Positions 16,626-24,858 of a stretch of DNA of 51,030 nt are shown in pieces. Position numbers and translations under genes: made by a program. Every line of letters starts with the position of its first letter. The stretch's first letter is position 1. Source of the stretch: a virus; the IMG/VR virus record IMGVR_UViG_3300045988_128615, positions 1 to 51,030 of that record. The stretch is one strand, 5' to 3'. Under the pieces are notes generated by a model that was not told the origin of the DNA, did no database searches, and was given only the letters and a program-made list of their open reading frames with translations.

Positions 16626-16681
16626 TATACTCGAAGCTAACAGGGATGTACTTGAACGAATTAAAGAGAAAGGGGACTAAT

Positions 16682-16849
16682 ATGGAAAGGTACAGAATCA
16701 TACGAGGAGAAGGGTGCAACGGTTGTATTCCCATAATAATATATTGGGTACAAGTCAGAAAAGACAAACGTATTTCATACGAATGGGTGAATGTAAAGGG
16801 CTTTGACACCTATAAGAGAGCTAAAGAGTTGTTGAATGTTTTAAAATGA
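16682..16849 (+). CDS. small hypothetical protein (55 aa)
   Basis: ATG at 16682 lies 1 nt after the TAA of the alternative frame ending at 16680. Product starts MERYRIIRGEGCNGC.. Confidence 0.45.
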   Translation: MERYRIIRGEGCNGCIPIIIYWVQVRKDKRISYEWVNVKGFDTYKRAKELLNVLK

Positions 16850-16859
16850 GGAATTGATT

Positions 16860-17156
16860 ATGAGCAAATATAGATACAGAGAAGTAAAGAACTATATCCA
16901 TAACGAACTAAAGTTGACTAAAGAGGATATAAAGGATATAATAGTTTCAATCGTGAAAGAGGAAGTTAAACGTATCTTCCATAACACCTATGGGGACGAT
17001 GTTAATATAGAGAGGTGGATTCGTTGTATGGTTTCTGACGAGATAAAGAAAAACGGTGATTTCTTAATGATAAGAAATTTGTGTAGGGAGATAATTAAGG
17101 AGGAAATTGTCGATAGGTTGTCAATTGATATAAGCCTTAAAAAGAAGGAGGAATAA
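16860..17156 (+). CDS. hypothetical protein
   Basis: The ORF track starts at TTG 16854. The first ATG is at 16860. The product ends ..KKKEE. Confidence 0.55.
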   Translation: MSKYRYREVKNYIHNELKLTKEDIKDIIVSIVKEEVKRIFHNTYGDDVNIERWIRCMVSDEIKKNGDFLMIRNLCREIIKEEIVDRLSIDISLKKKEE

Positions 17157-17158
17157 TT

Positions 17159-17335
17159 ATGAGTATGTTTACGTTAGAGGAAGTGAATCAAGCGATCAAT
17201 ATGGCAGTTGACGAAACATCTAGAAAGGCAGTTGAAGTTCTTTCGTCTGTATTGGACAATTGGGTACATGGCGGTGATGCAGATTGTATCATTGCGGAGT
17301 TTGAGGAAAAGTTAAATGAAGCGATTAATGGATAA
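17159..17335 (+). CDS. small hypothetical protein (58 aa, below ORF-track cutoff)
   Basis: AAGGAGGAATAATTATG junction. Product is MSMFTLEEVNQAINMAVDETSRKAVEVLSSVLDNWVHGGDADCIIAEFEEKLNEAING. It fills a gap otherwise covered only by an antisense ORF. Confidence 0.5.
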   Translation: MSMFTLEEVNQAINMAVDETSRKAVEVLSSVLDNWVHGGDADCIIAEFEEKLNEAING

Positions 17336-17353
17336 AAGATGATGGGTGTATAG

Positions 17354-17623
17354 ATGAAAATCATGAAAGGAAATATATTTGACAAAATAAGAAAAGCATC
17401 TAATAAATACATAGAGTATATGATTGCTTGTGATGATATATCCAAAGAAGCACAAAAACATATAGATTGGGATGATAATGTTTCATGTGAATATTATCCG
17501 TCTGATGGAATATGTATAATGATAGACGAGCATGTTTGTTATGCTAATACATTCTTTGGCTTGGTAGAAGAATCAGAAAACGGTATGATTGATAGGAAAA
17601 CATATATGAGAAATTGTATTTGA
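17354..17623 (+). CDS. hypothetical protein
   Basis: 89-aa ORF in the same-strand array. Confidence 0.5.
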   Translation: MKIMKGNIFDKIRKASNKYIEYMIACDDISKEAQKHIDWDDNVSCEYYPSDGICIMIDEHVCYANTFFGLVEESENGMIDRKTYMRNCI

Positions 17624-17625
17624 TT

Positions 17626-17826
17626 ATGGAAATAAATAACGGAATAATAATAGACGGAGTGTTGCATGAATTGTGCGTTGGAATATGTGATGAGTGCTCA
17701 TTACAAAATGAGTGTGATGATAGTTCAGAAATCATTTGCGATATAGCTTATGAAAACCCAAACATGGACCAGTGCTTTGTCAGTCGTGGGAAAGTAACGG
17801 ATATTAAGATAGATAAGGAGGAATAA
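17626..17826 (+). CDS. hypothetical Cys-rich acidic protein
   Basis: The track start at 17614 is TTG. The first ATG (17626) lies 2 nt after the upstream stop. Confidence 0.5.
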   Translation: MEINNGIIIDGVLHELCVGICDECSLQNECDDSSEIICDIAYENPNMDQCFVSRGKVTDIKIDKEE

Positions 17827-17828
17827 TT

Positions 17829-18305
17829 ATGGGATTTACAACACCGTGTTTTATACGCAAAAATACACAGGAACTTCGGAGAGGGCTGGAAGAATTGGGG
17901 TATTCACATGGTAAGCCTAAATATTATGCAGATGATGATAATAAGTATGATTTTATTATGTGTCATAATGGAATATTCTTTTTACTATCCCAAAAGAATC
18001 ATGTGATAAGAAATGGGCATCCTTTGAAAAAATATGGAAGTGTTGATTGCGGAACGAATGAAGAACTATTCCTGGCTATCGCTGCATTGAGGGATGATAG
18101 TAACTACATGCAGTGGTTTATAGCAGATTCCATTCTTAGCGTTTCTTATGGCGATTCTATTGGTAATGATCATTATTTCACAGAACTCAAAGGCATTATG
18201 TTCTTTTGGGATGAAAATTGGGATAATGCAACCATTATTTCAGGACGTTATCACAAGGCTACCGTAAACGAACTGATTGAACATTTTAAAATAAAGGAGG
18301 AATAA
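17829..18305 (+). CDS. hypothetical protein
   Basis: 158-aa ORF preceded by AAGGAGGAATAATTATG. Confidence 0.6.
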   Translation: MGFTTPCFIRKNTQELRRGLEELGYSHGKPKYYADDDNKYDFIMCHNGIFFLLSQKNHVIRNGHPLKKYGSVDCGTNEELFLAIAALRDDSNYMQWFIADSILSVSYGDSIGNDHYFTELKGIMFFWDENWDNATIISGRYHKATVNELIEHFKIKEE

Positions 18306-18559
18306 TGAAAGCAAAGTATTTTAAAAAGATAAGAAGCCAAGTAAAGTGGTATAAGGTATCATATAGAGATAGTTTATTTTTTAGTTTTAGCGATGAGAAA
18401 GAAATATTGGCTAAATCTCCTGAAAATGCTTGTGTCAGATACCATAAACGTACTGGATGTTTTGTTAACAAATATAATCCCAATAATATTACACAATATA
18501 GTGAATCTCTTTCAAGGTTCAAGGTATGTATAGGTAAGAAAGTAATGTATTTCGATTAA
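18305..18559 (+). CDS. hypothetical protein
   Basis: 84-aa ORF preceded by AAGGAGGAATAATG. Confidence 0.5.
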   Translation: MKAKYFKKIRSQVKWYKVSYRDSLFFSFSDEKEILAKSPENACVRYHKRTGCFVNKYNPNNITQYSESLSRFKVCIGKKVMYFD

Positions 18560-18561
18560 AT

Positions 18562-18720
18562 ATGAAAGCAAGAATAAAAAGAAAAATTCAAAAAAGACCA
18601 TTCCTATATAATGTAGGACAAGTTTTTAAGGCTTGTGATTGGATTACTAGTATTCAACGTGGAAATATGGTTTGGCGTAGGTATCGTTCATTTGGTACTA
18701 TTATTAAATCAGAATTTTAA
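18562..18720 (+). CDS. small basic hypothetical protein (52 aa, below ORF-track cutoff)
   Basis: Product is MKARIKRKIQKRPFLYNVGQVFKACDWITSIQRGNMVWRRYRSFGTIIKSEF. It starts 2 nt after the upstream stop and ends 2 nt before the next ATG. Confidence 0.4.
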   Translation: MKARIKRKIQKRPFLYNVGQVFKACDWITSIQRGNMVWRRYRSFGTIIKSEF

Positions 18721-18722
18721 AT

Positions 18723-19010
18723 ATGAAAGCAAGAGTAAAATCAACAGGGGTTTTGGTGGATGTAACTCCCCAATTAAACATCAACTCTCAACATAGCAGA
18801 GATTATTTATATGTATGTGATAACATGGTTTACAGAGAATGCGAACTTGATTTTTCAGCTATTGACTGGGAACAGAGGCGATATGAACTGGCGAAAGCAG
18901 CCATGCAAGGATTTTGCAGCAAACAGGTAATGATTGCTGATTCAAATATGACAGCCCAAATAAGCCTTAGTTTTGCCGATGCGCTAATAAAGAAATTGAA
19001 AGGAGAATAA
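18723..19010 (+). CDS. hypothetical protein
   Basis: 95-aa ORF. Confidence 0.55.
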   Translation: MKARVKSTGVLVDVTPQLNINSQHSRDYLYVCDNMVYRECELDFSAIDWEQRRYELAKAAMQGFCSKQVMIADSNMTAQISLSFADALIKKLKGE

Positions 19011-19014
19011 AATT

Positions 19015-19386
19015 ATGACCGAAGAACCTGTAACATTGGAAACAGCAAAGTTGCTAAGAGAGAAAGGCTTTAATGAGTATTGCAAATATATCATTAACGA
19101 TAAAGGCTTGATGATGGAAACCATATTTAGAACTAGTAAGGATTTACCTAAATTATTCTATTCTTGTCCAATACAATCCATCGCCCAGAAGTGGCTTCGT
19201 GAAACTAAGAACATTCATATATGTATATACAACTGTGCTTGTGGCTATGGATACGAAATATCTAAAGCTGACAATGGAACTCATATGGCTAGTTCTGTTT
19301 ATAAAGGAACAAATGATGGAGAGGAATGGGATAGCTACGAGGAAGCACTTGAAGCAGGTTTACAGGAAGCATTAAAACTTATATGA
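19015..19386 (+). CDS. hypothetical protein
   Basis: 123-aa ORF preceded by AAAGGAGAATAAAATTATG. Confidence 0.55.
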   Translation: MTEEPVTLETAKLLREKGFNEYCKYIINDKGLMMETIFRTSKDLPKLFYSCPIQSIAQKWLRETKNIHICIYNCACGYGYEISKADNGTHMASSVYKGTNDGEEWDSYEEALEAGLQEALKLI

Positions 19387-19673
19387 TTATGGAAATAGCA
19401 GAATCAATATTTAAATTCATCCTTGCCTCATTAAATGTTTGTGCTCTAGCATTTACTTTAATTTTGGTAAGCAAGTGGCATATACGCATGGAGAATAAGC
19501 TGGATGATATAGAAAGATATGTCCGTCGTGTGTCAGATCGTAACGATATTGTTTTCCTTAACCAGCTCTCGGAGCTGCAAAGAAAGTTGATAAGGGAGGA
19601 ACGATATGAGGAAGCCGATAAGATTGGGAAAATAATCAAGGATGAAGAAATTAAATTAGGAATAAGGAAATGA
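19383..19673 (+). CDS. hypothetical membrane-anchored coiled-coil protein
   Basis: 96 aa. N-terminal hydrophobic segment FKFILASLNVCALAFTLILV. ATGA overlap with the upstream gene. Confidence 0.55.
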   Translation: MIMEIAESIFKFILASLNVCALAFTLILVSKWHIRMENKLDDIERYVRRVSDRNDIVFLNQLSELQRKLIREERYEEADKIGKIIKDEEIKLGIRK

Positions 19674-20071
19674 AGGAAGAACTTATAAAAGAGAAAATGC
19701 TTACAGAGTTTCGAGAATGGTTCTGTGACGGTTACTGTCAATTTTACGATATTGATGATTACTGTAGATGTTGCCCTATCAAAGACGAAAGCTGTTGGCT
19801 AAAAGGGTTTAAAAAGCCTTCAGGGAAAAAAGGAGAACGTAAACCTATCCGTTACTGTGATACATGCAAGAATTTTAAACCGGACGAAAGGGTATTAGAT
19901 GATGATGAGATGGAGAAAGTAATTGAAGAATCAGCTAAACAGCACTATAGTGATCTTTGTGCGCTAAACCATCCTCTTCGGTTTAAAGTGAACCATGGTT
20001 ACAGTGATTTATATGATGGTGGTTTTTATCGTAATGGATGTAAGGATTATAAAAAAATAGACAATGAATAA
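19670..20071 (+). CDS. hypothetical Cys-rich protein
   Basis: 133 aa with clusters CDGYCQF..YCRCCP and YCDTCKNF. Confidence 0.55.
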   Translation: MKEELIKEKMLTEFREWFCDGYCQFYDIDDYCRCCPIKDESCWLKGFKKPSGKKGERKPIRYCDTCKNFKPDERVLDDDEMEKVIEESAKQHYSDLCALNHPLRFKVNHGYSDLYDGGFYRNGCKDYKKIDNE

Positions 20072-20156
20072 TATTAATTTGAACGAACTACGGGATCGAG
20101 CTTATAAGACAGCTTGTGATCACGGTTTACATGATAAAGAACTTTTAAGAAAATGA
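20064..20156 (+). pseudogene. 30-codon remnant resembling the N-terminus of phage MazG-like NTP pyrophosphohydrolases
   Basis: MNNINLNELRDRAYKTACDHGLHDKELLRK then stop. The L.EL..rAy..a..hGfhd pattern is typical of the start of such enzymes. This is from memory, not a search. Confidence 0.3.
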
Positions 20157-20170
20157 ATTAAATGACAAGT

Positions 20171-20201
20171 TTTGTTTTTATTCAGATTTTTTGTAACTTT
20201 G
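20171..20201 (+). promoter_or_regulatory. Bacteroidota-type promoter (-33 TTTG / -7 TAnnTTTG) upstream of the terminase genes
   Basis: TTTG at 20171-20174 and TAACTTTG at 20194-20201, with a 19-nt spacer. Confidence 0.55.
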
Positions 20202-20258
20202 AATTATAATGTTTCCGTGTAAAGGAGCACGGTACGTTCTTCGGACGAAAAGACTTTT

Positions 20259-20756
20259 ATGGGGAAAAAACTCGTAGCAAATAGAGAAAATTTCTGTCAT
20301 TATTATATAGAAACAGGTAATGCTACAGATGCATATCGGAAAGCTTACCCTAATAGTATTGGATGGAAGGATGGGGTCGTTAGTAAGCGTGCATTTGAAT
20401 TGCTGAGAAATCCATCTGTCGCATCCCGTGTAAATGAATTGCAGGCTGATATCTTAAAAAAGTCTGACATGAAGAAGGAAGATGCATTGCGTTTTCTTAC
20501 AAATGTGGTAAATGTAGACCCTATAGATCTTCAATTAAAAAGTAAAGATACGTTTATTGTCCGTTCTCTTGATGATATACCAAAACCAGTCCGATGTTGC
20601 ATCCAATCGATTAAGAATACTCAATATGGAGTAGAGATACGGCTATATAGCAAAATAGCCGCCATTACACAGATAAGCAAGATGCTTGGATGGGATGCTC
20701 CAGTAAAAAGTGATGTCAGTACCAATGTGCGCATGATAATTGGGGACGAGCAATGA
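20259..20756 (+). CDS. terS: terminase small subunit
   Basis: NRENFCHYYIETGNATDAYRKAYPNS ... ELLRNPSVASRVNELQ has a Terminase_2-like pattern. It lies directly upstream of terL with a 4-nt overlap. Confidence 0.8.
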   Translation: MGKKLVANRENFCHYYIETGNATDAYRKAYPNSIGWKDGVVSKRAFELLRNPSVASRVNELQADILKKSDMKKEDALRFLTNVVNVDPIDLQLKSKDTFIVRSLDDIPKPVRCCIQSIKNTQYGVEIRLYSKIAAITQISKMLGWDAPVKSDVSTNVRMIIGDEQ

Positions 20757-22762
20757 TAGAGATGGTATTCTCGTATAAATTGTTTAATCCCCTGTTTTGG
20801 CATATCCGTGAGGCGATGCATGACAAGGATATCCGGTATATTATAAACAGAGGTGGTTCCTCATCAGGGAAATCTGTATCTACGACACAATCCGTGTTGT
20901 TGTCTGTATTCTCCGGAGAGGGTTCGGCTCTCGTTGTGAGAAAAGTTGGAGCCAGTCTTAAGAATACGGTATATGAAGAGTTTAAGACCCAAATGAAAGC
21001 TCTTCAATTGAGTCAGTTTTTCGCTCCAAAGGAAAATAATATAACCTGTATAAATGGTTGCAAAATCGATTTTACAGGATTGGACGATCCCGAGAAGATA
21101 AAGTCTATCACAGGATATCGCTGGATAGTGATGGAAGAGGCCACTGAGTTTGAATATGAGGATTTCACACAAATACGTTTCCGCCTACGAGGAAAGGAGG
21201 GCCTACAGATGATATGCAACTTTAATCCAGTATCAGAGGACTCGTGGATAAAAACCAAGATCCTTGATACATACGAGTGGGATGAGCATCCGAATGATTT
21301 GTACGGGAAAGTAAGATATCCGATAAAAAGGAGTTTATTACCTAAGGATTATAGCCGGATATTAGGAAAGAGATATAATAAATCTAGAATGATAGCTAAT
21401 GAGCGTACGGGAAAAATGGAAAGATATCCATCGGATACGGTAGAGCTGCATTCTTCGTATAAGAACAACTTCTGGGTAGTAGGTTCTCCGGACGGGAAGT
21501 ATGGATACTATGACAGACAGACGATATCTAATTACCAATGGTACAAGGATCATGATTATAATTACTACAGGGTATACGCATTGGGAGAATGGGGAAGCAT
21601 TAAGACAGGAGGAGAGTTCCTGTATGCATTTGATTCAAACAAACACATAAAAACGACACACTACATTAAAGGGATGCCGGTTCATATATCAATTGATAAC
21701 AATGTGCTCCCTTATATTTCAATATCATTTTTCCAGGTGGATGGAAGTAGTATAAGGCAGTTTAACGAGATATGCGCCAGTGATCCGTTCAACACGGCAA
21801 CACAGGCTTCAAAAATGGCGGTAGATTACCTGAAATCAATAAGGTATAATGATATGCTGTATCTGTACGGAGATGCTTCGACAAGAAACGGGAACACTAT
21901 AGACGAAGAGAAGAGATCGTTTCTTGATAAGTTCGTGGAAGGGCTGGAAAGCGATTACCATGTTGAGGAGAGGATACCGGCTTCTAACCCGTCCGTACCG
22001 ATGTCAGGTGAATTTGTAAACTACATGCTCGATGGAGGCTCGGGAATGTCATTTTCGGTAGATGATGGATGTAAAAACTCGATAGTCGATTATAACAATG
22101 CCAAGAAGGACGTTAATGGAGGGATGCTGAAAAAAAGAGTAAAGGATAAGATTACAGGACAGTCTTATGAGAGATACGGTCACTTGGTGGATTGTCTGCG
22201 ATATATTACCGTATGGGTATTCAAGGATGAATATACTCGTTTCTCCTTGAAAAGGAAACGAAGTAAAATTAAACAGGAAAATAAAGATATGAGATATTTT
22301 GATATGTCTAAAAATATTCAGGGGACAAGACTTGTATATGTTCTTCCCGAATATGCCGGAAAGTTCATTATCGTTTCGTGCTATGTAAATGAGGGAATAT
22401 ATATAGATAATGTGACATATACAGAATCATTTGATGAGACTGTTCTCCTGTCATTTTTAGAGGGCATATCTCCTGTGGAAGTATTGTTTGAAAGTGAGAA
22501 AAATTATTTCCCCATAGCACGGGGCTTAAGGGATAGATACGATGTCAGAATTATGCATAAAAATATGGGAACAGATGCTAGGGTATCTGCTTTTCTGGAT
22601 TTTATCAAAAATAATGTGATGTTTCGTTCTGACTATGATGAGATCCCGCAATACAATGAGTTTATGGATGGGATATTGGATTATAATGGTTCAGATGATT
22701 GCGCTGCAATTTATTCTGTCGCCTCCTTGGCTTATTACGTGTCGAAAAAATATAATATATAA
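20753..22762 (+). CDS. terL: terminase large subunit with extra C-terminal domain
   Basis: Walker A RGGSSSGKS and Walker B WIVMEEA. Nuclease Asp motifs HISIDNN, LYGDAS and GHLVDCLRY. About 180 additional residues follow the usual end. Confidence 0.9.
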   Translation: MIEMVFSYKLFNPLFWHIREAMHDKDIRYIINRGGSSSGKSVSTTQSVLLSVFSGEGSALVVRKVGASLKNTVYEEFKTQMKALQLSQFFAPKENNITCINGCKIDFTGLDDPEKIKSITGYRWIVMEEATEFEYEDFTQIRFRLRGKEGLQMICNFNPVSEDSWIKTKILDTYEWDEHPNDLYGKVRYPIKRSLLPKDYSRILGKRYNKSRMIANERTGKMERYPSDTVELHSSYKNNFWVVGSPDGKYGYYDRQTISNYQWYKDHDYNYYRVYALGEWGSIKTGGEFLYAFDSNKHIKTTHYIKGMPVHISIDNNVLPYISISFFQVDGSSIRQFNEICASDPFNTATQASKMAVDYLKSIRYNDMLYLYGDASTRNGNTIDEEKRSFLDKFVEGLESDYHVEERIPASNPSVPMSGEFVNYMLDGGSGMSFSVDDGCKNSIVDYNNAKKDVNGGMLKKRVKDKITGQSYERYGHLVDCLRYITVWVFKDEYTRFSLKRKRSKIKQENKDMRYFDMSKNIQGTRLVYVLPEYAGKFIIVSCYVNEGIYIDNVTYTESFDETVLLSFLEGISPVEVLFESEKNYFPIARGLRDRYDVRIMHKNMGTDARVSAFLDFIKNNVMFRSDYDEIPQYNEFMDGILDYNGSDDCAAIYSVASLAYYVSKKYNI

Positions 22763-22841
22763 TTGGTATATTTTTAAGATATATCAAAGCTTTGATAAAA
22801 AAACATCGGGTGTTATACAAAAAGTATTGGTATATTTTTAA
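22762..22841 (+). repeat. 16-nt direct repeat pair flanking a 14-nt palindrome
   Basis: ATTGGTATATTTTTAA occurs at 22762-22777 and 22826-22841. ATCAAAGCTTTGAT occurs at 22783-22796. Confidence 0.8.
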
Positions 22842-22951
22842 TATTTTTTTTCTCGTGGGTATTTTTAGGGTATTGCGAAATGATATGACTTTAATTTATC
22901 TAAACAACACGATTCGAAACGTGATTTTAAATATAGTTTTAATAAAAAAAT

Positions 22952-22971
22952 AACCGGCATTAATGCCGGTT
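22952..22971. terminator. perfect 9-bp palindromic hairpin (bidirectional terminator candidate)
   Basis: AACCGGCAT TA ATGCCGGTT with an A-run upstream. It overlaps the stop of the minus-strand HTH gene. Confidence 0.55.
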
Positions 22972-23247
22972 ACCGTGATAGAATCTTATAGCCTCATTGA
23001 CATATAATGATACCGATTGCTCCTTATCCAATATAGCTGCCACGTCCTCTTCTATCATAACAAGTATTCTTTTCACGCCATTAACCTTCGGTCTTCGGGG
23101 CACACCATTGCTGTCCAATATCCTGTATATTGTTTGCTCAGACCGTACCCCTGTTTCTCTTATTATCTCCTTGATCGCTATCCCGTCCTTATATAAGGAC
23201 AATACCCTAGACTCTTGATCTAGGGTAATAGATCGTCCTCTTGCCAT
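22960..23247 (-). CDS. DNA-binding protein: resolvase-type HTH plus ribbon-helix-helix-like C-terminus
   Basis: GRSITLDQESRVLSLYKDGIAIKEIIRETGVRSEQTIYRIL resembles the Hin/resolvase C-terminal HTH. KRILVMIEEDVAAILDKE..SLYVNEAIRFY is RHH-like. No recombinase catalytic domain is present. Confidence 0.65.
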   Translation of the reverse strand: MARGRSITLDQESRVLSLYKDGIAIKEIIRETGVRSEQTIYRILDSNGVPRRPKVNGVKRILVMIEEDVAAILDKEQSVSLYVNEAIRFYHGNRH

Positions 23248-23254
23248 AATTAAT

Positions 23255-24784
23255 ATGTTTTATAACATTTATAATTTGTTGCTCGTTACAGGCAACACAC
23301 GTGACAAGCCGTTTAAAACTCTGCACAAAGCATTTTCATCATTGACTGACGGTGACGTGCTATTAATAGAAAGAGGAAGTGAGTTCAGAGATGATTTCTC
23401 ATTAATAAATAACCTTCGAAATATAAGAATATCTGCCTATGGCCTTGGGGAAAAACCTATTATAAATTATCTGTCTGTTTTAACAGACTGGGAAAAGGTG
23501 AGTGGCTATAATCATATCTATCGTTGTAAAATTCATGCTTATCAAGCTGTGGCGGAACGTGGAATGAATCAGGTGTACTTAGATGGAGAAAGGATGTGCA
23601 ACGTATATGACACGAATTCATTGGAAGAAGCAGAGGCAATGACATATCTTGATACCCATGTTGATAAATCATCTTGGTTCAGTGGGGGTAAATATGTTGA
23701 TGGATGGTCTGAACAGGATTGTTACTATTATGTATCATTGTCTGATTCTCCGAACACACACATAATAGAAGCTAACAGGTTCTTCTCGAAAATGTTAATT
23801 GGTAGTGATGTGGCTTGTCTTGATATTAGTCATTTGACATTAAGAGGTTCCGGAAGCAGGGATGGAGTGGCTGTCATTGGGGATAATATATTTTGGGAAG
23901 ACTGCACATTTATGGACCATCAGCATCATGGCGTTGTTTTCAAAGAGTCATATTTTTTGAACTGCGAGACAAAATCATCCAGAGCGCAGGGATATCAATT
24001 TCATTTTTTGACATCTTCAGGATTGTCGGAAAATATAGACTTGATATGCGCCAATTGTAGGGTGATAAATCCCGGTCAGCTAGGTTCTGCATTTTCTGGG
24101 CATAATGGAGGCTTTACTATGGAATACTCCAATTGGTATATAGAGAATTGTTATGTGGAGGGTTGTGGATCTGTTATAGGAGATACGTCTCTGGTAAATC
24201 ACGTACATGTTTATAACATTACATTAAAAGATTCAGGCTCTTTAAGGGGAGGTACTGGCATAGAAAATAAAATTACATATTGTACAGTATTTGGAACGAT
24301 TGTCCAAAATATTGGCAATAACGGACTGTTAGTTAGCGGAACAGAAATCAAAGATATAGAACTAATAAATGCAAGAATCAAAATAAAGGTGACCGATGCC
24401 GCACGCCAAGTTGGGTATTCGCTATATTATAAGTCAGTTACGAACTCTAACGCTATTGAAAATCTAAAGATATGTAATTCCATAATAGAATGGGAAATGC
24501 CTGAAAACTTTACCCCTACAACAGCCATATTTGTTTCTATAGATAATACTTTGGACAATGCGAAATGTGCTTTTAACAATGTCATATTTGCAAGTAATAA
24601 AAATTTGTTGCTAGGTCGTGTCGATACCGTACATTTTACGAACAGTCTTTTTTCAAATGTAATATTAGCAGGAGTAAGTAAGTCTGATGTATTGCAAGAT
24701 TGTATGGATATTTCTAAAAATGATTATGATTACTCATGTCTGGTTAGCAAGGCAAGTGTAAACAACGGAGTGCTTGTTGAGTAA
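23255..24784 (+). CDS. right-handed beta-helix (pectate-lyase-like) protein, paralogue of the distal part of the 922-aa tail fibre
   Basis: Collinear with fibre residues about 384-922 (KTLHKAFSSLTDGDVLLIERGSEF vs KTLNKADELMTDGDTVLIERGSIF; GSAFSGHNGG vs GTAFAGHGTS; ENCYVEGCGSVIG vs DCYCEGVNVVVG). Confidence 0.75.
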   Translation: MFYNIYNLLLVTGNTRDKPFKTLHKAFSSLTDGDVLLIERGSEFRDDFSLINNLRNIRISAYGLGEKPIINYLSVLTDWEKVSGYNHIYRCKIHAYQAVAERGMNQVYLDGERMCNVYDTNSLEEAEAMTYLDTHVDKSSWFSGGKYVDGWSEQDCYYYVSLSDSPNTHIIEANRFFSKMLIGSDVACLDISHLTLRGSGSRDGVAVIGDNIFWEDCTFMDHQHHGVVFKESYFLNCETKSSRAQGYQFHFLTSSGLSENIDLICANCRVINPGQLGSAFSGHNGGFTMEYSNWYIENCYVEGCGSVIGDTSLVNHVHVYNITLKDSGSLRGGTGIENKITYCTVFGTIVQNIGNNGLLVSGTEIKDIELINARIKIKVTDAARQVGYSLYYKSVTNSNAIENLKICNSIIEWEMPENFTPTTAIFVSIDNTLDNAKCAFNNVIFASNKNLLLGRVDTVHFTNSLFSNVILAGVSKSDVLQDCMDISKNDYDYSCLVSKASVNNGVLVE

Positions 24785-24826
24785 TTTTTGTTATAAAATT
24801 ATAGTTATGATACGATAACTATGATG

Positions 24827-24858
24827 TAAGGGCTGATCTTGGTGTAGGCCAGCCCTTA
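24827..24858. terminator. bidirectional terminator hairpin between convergent genes
   Basis: TAAGGGCTG / CAGCCCTTA 9-bp stem. It is flanked by an AT hairpin (24801-24822) and the palindrome GCATCCGGATGC (24875-24886). Confidence 0.6.
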
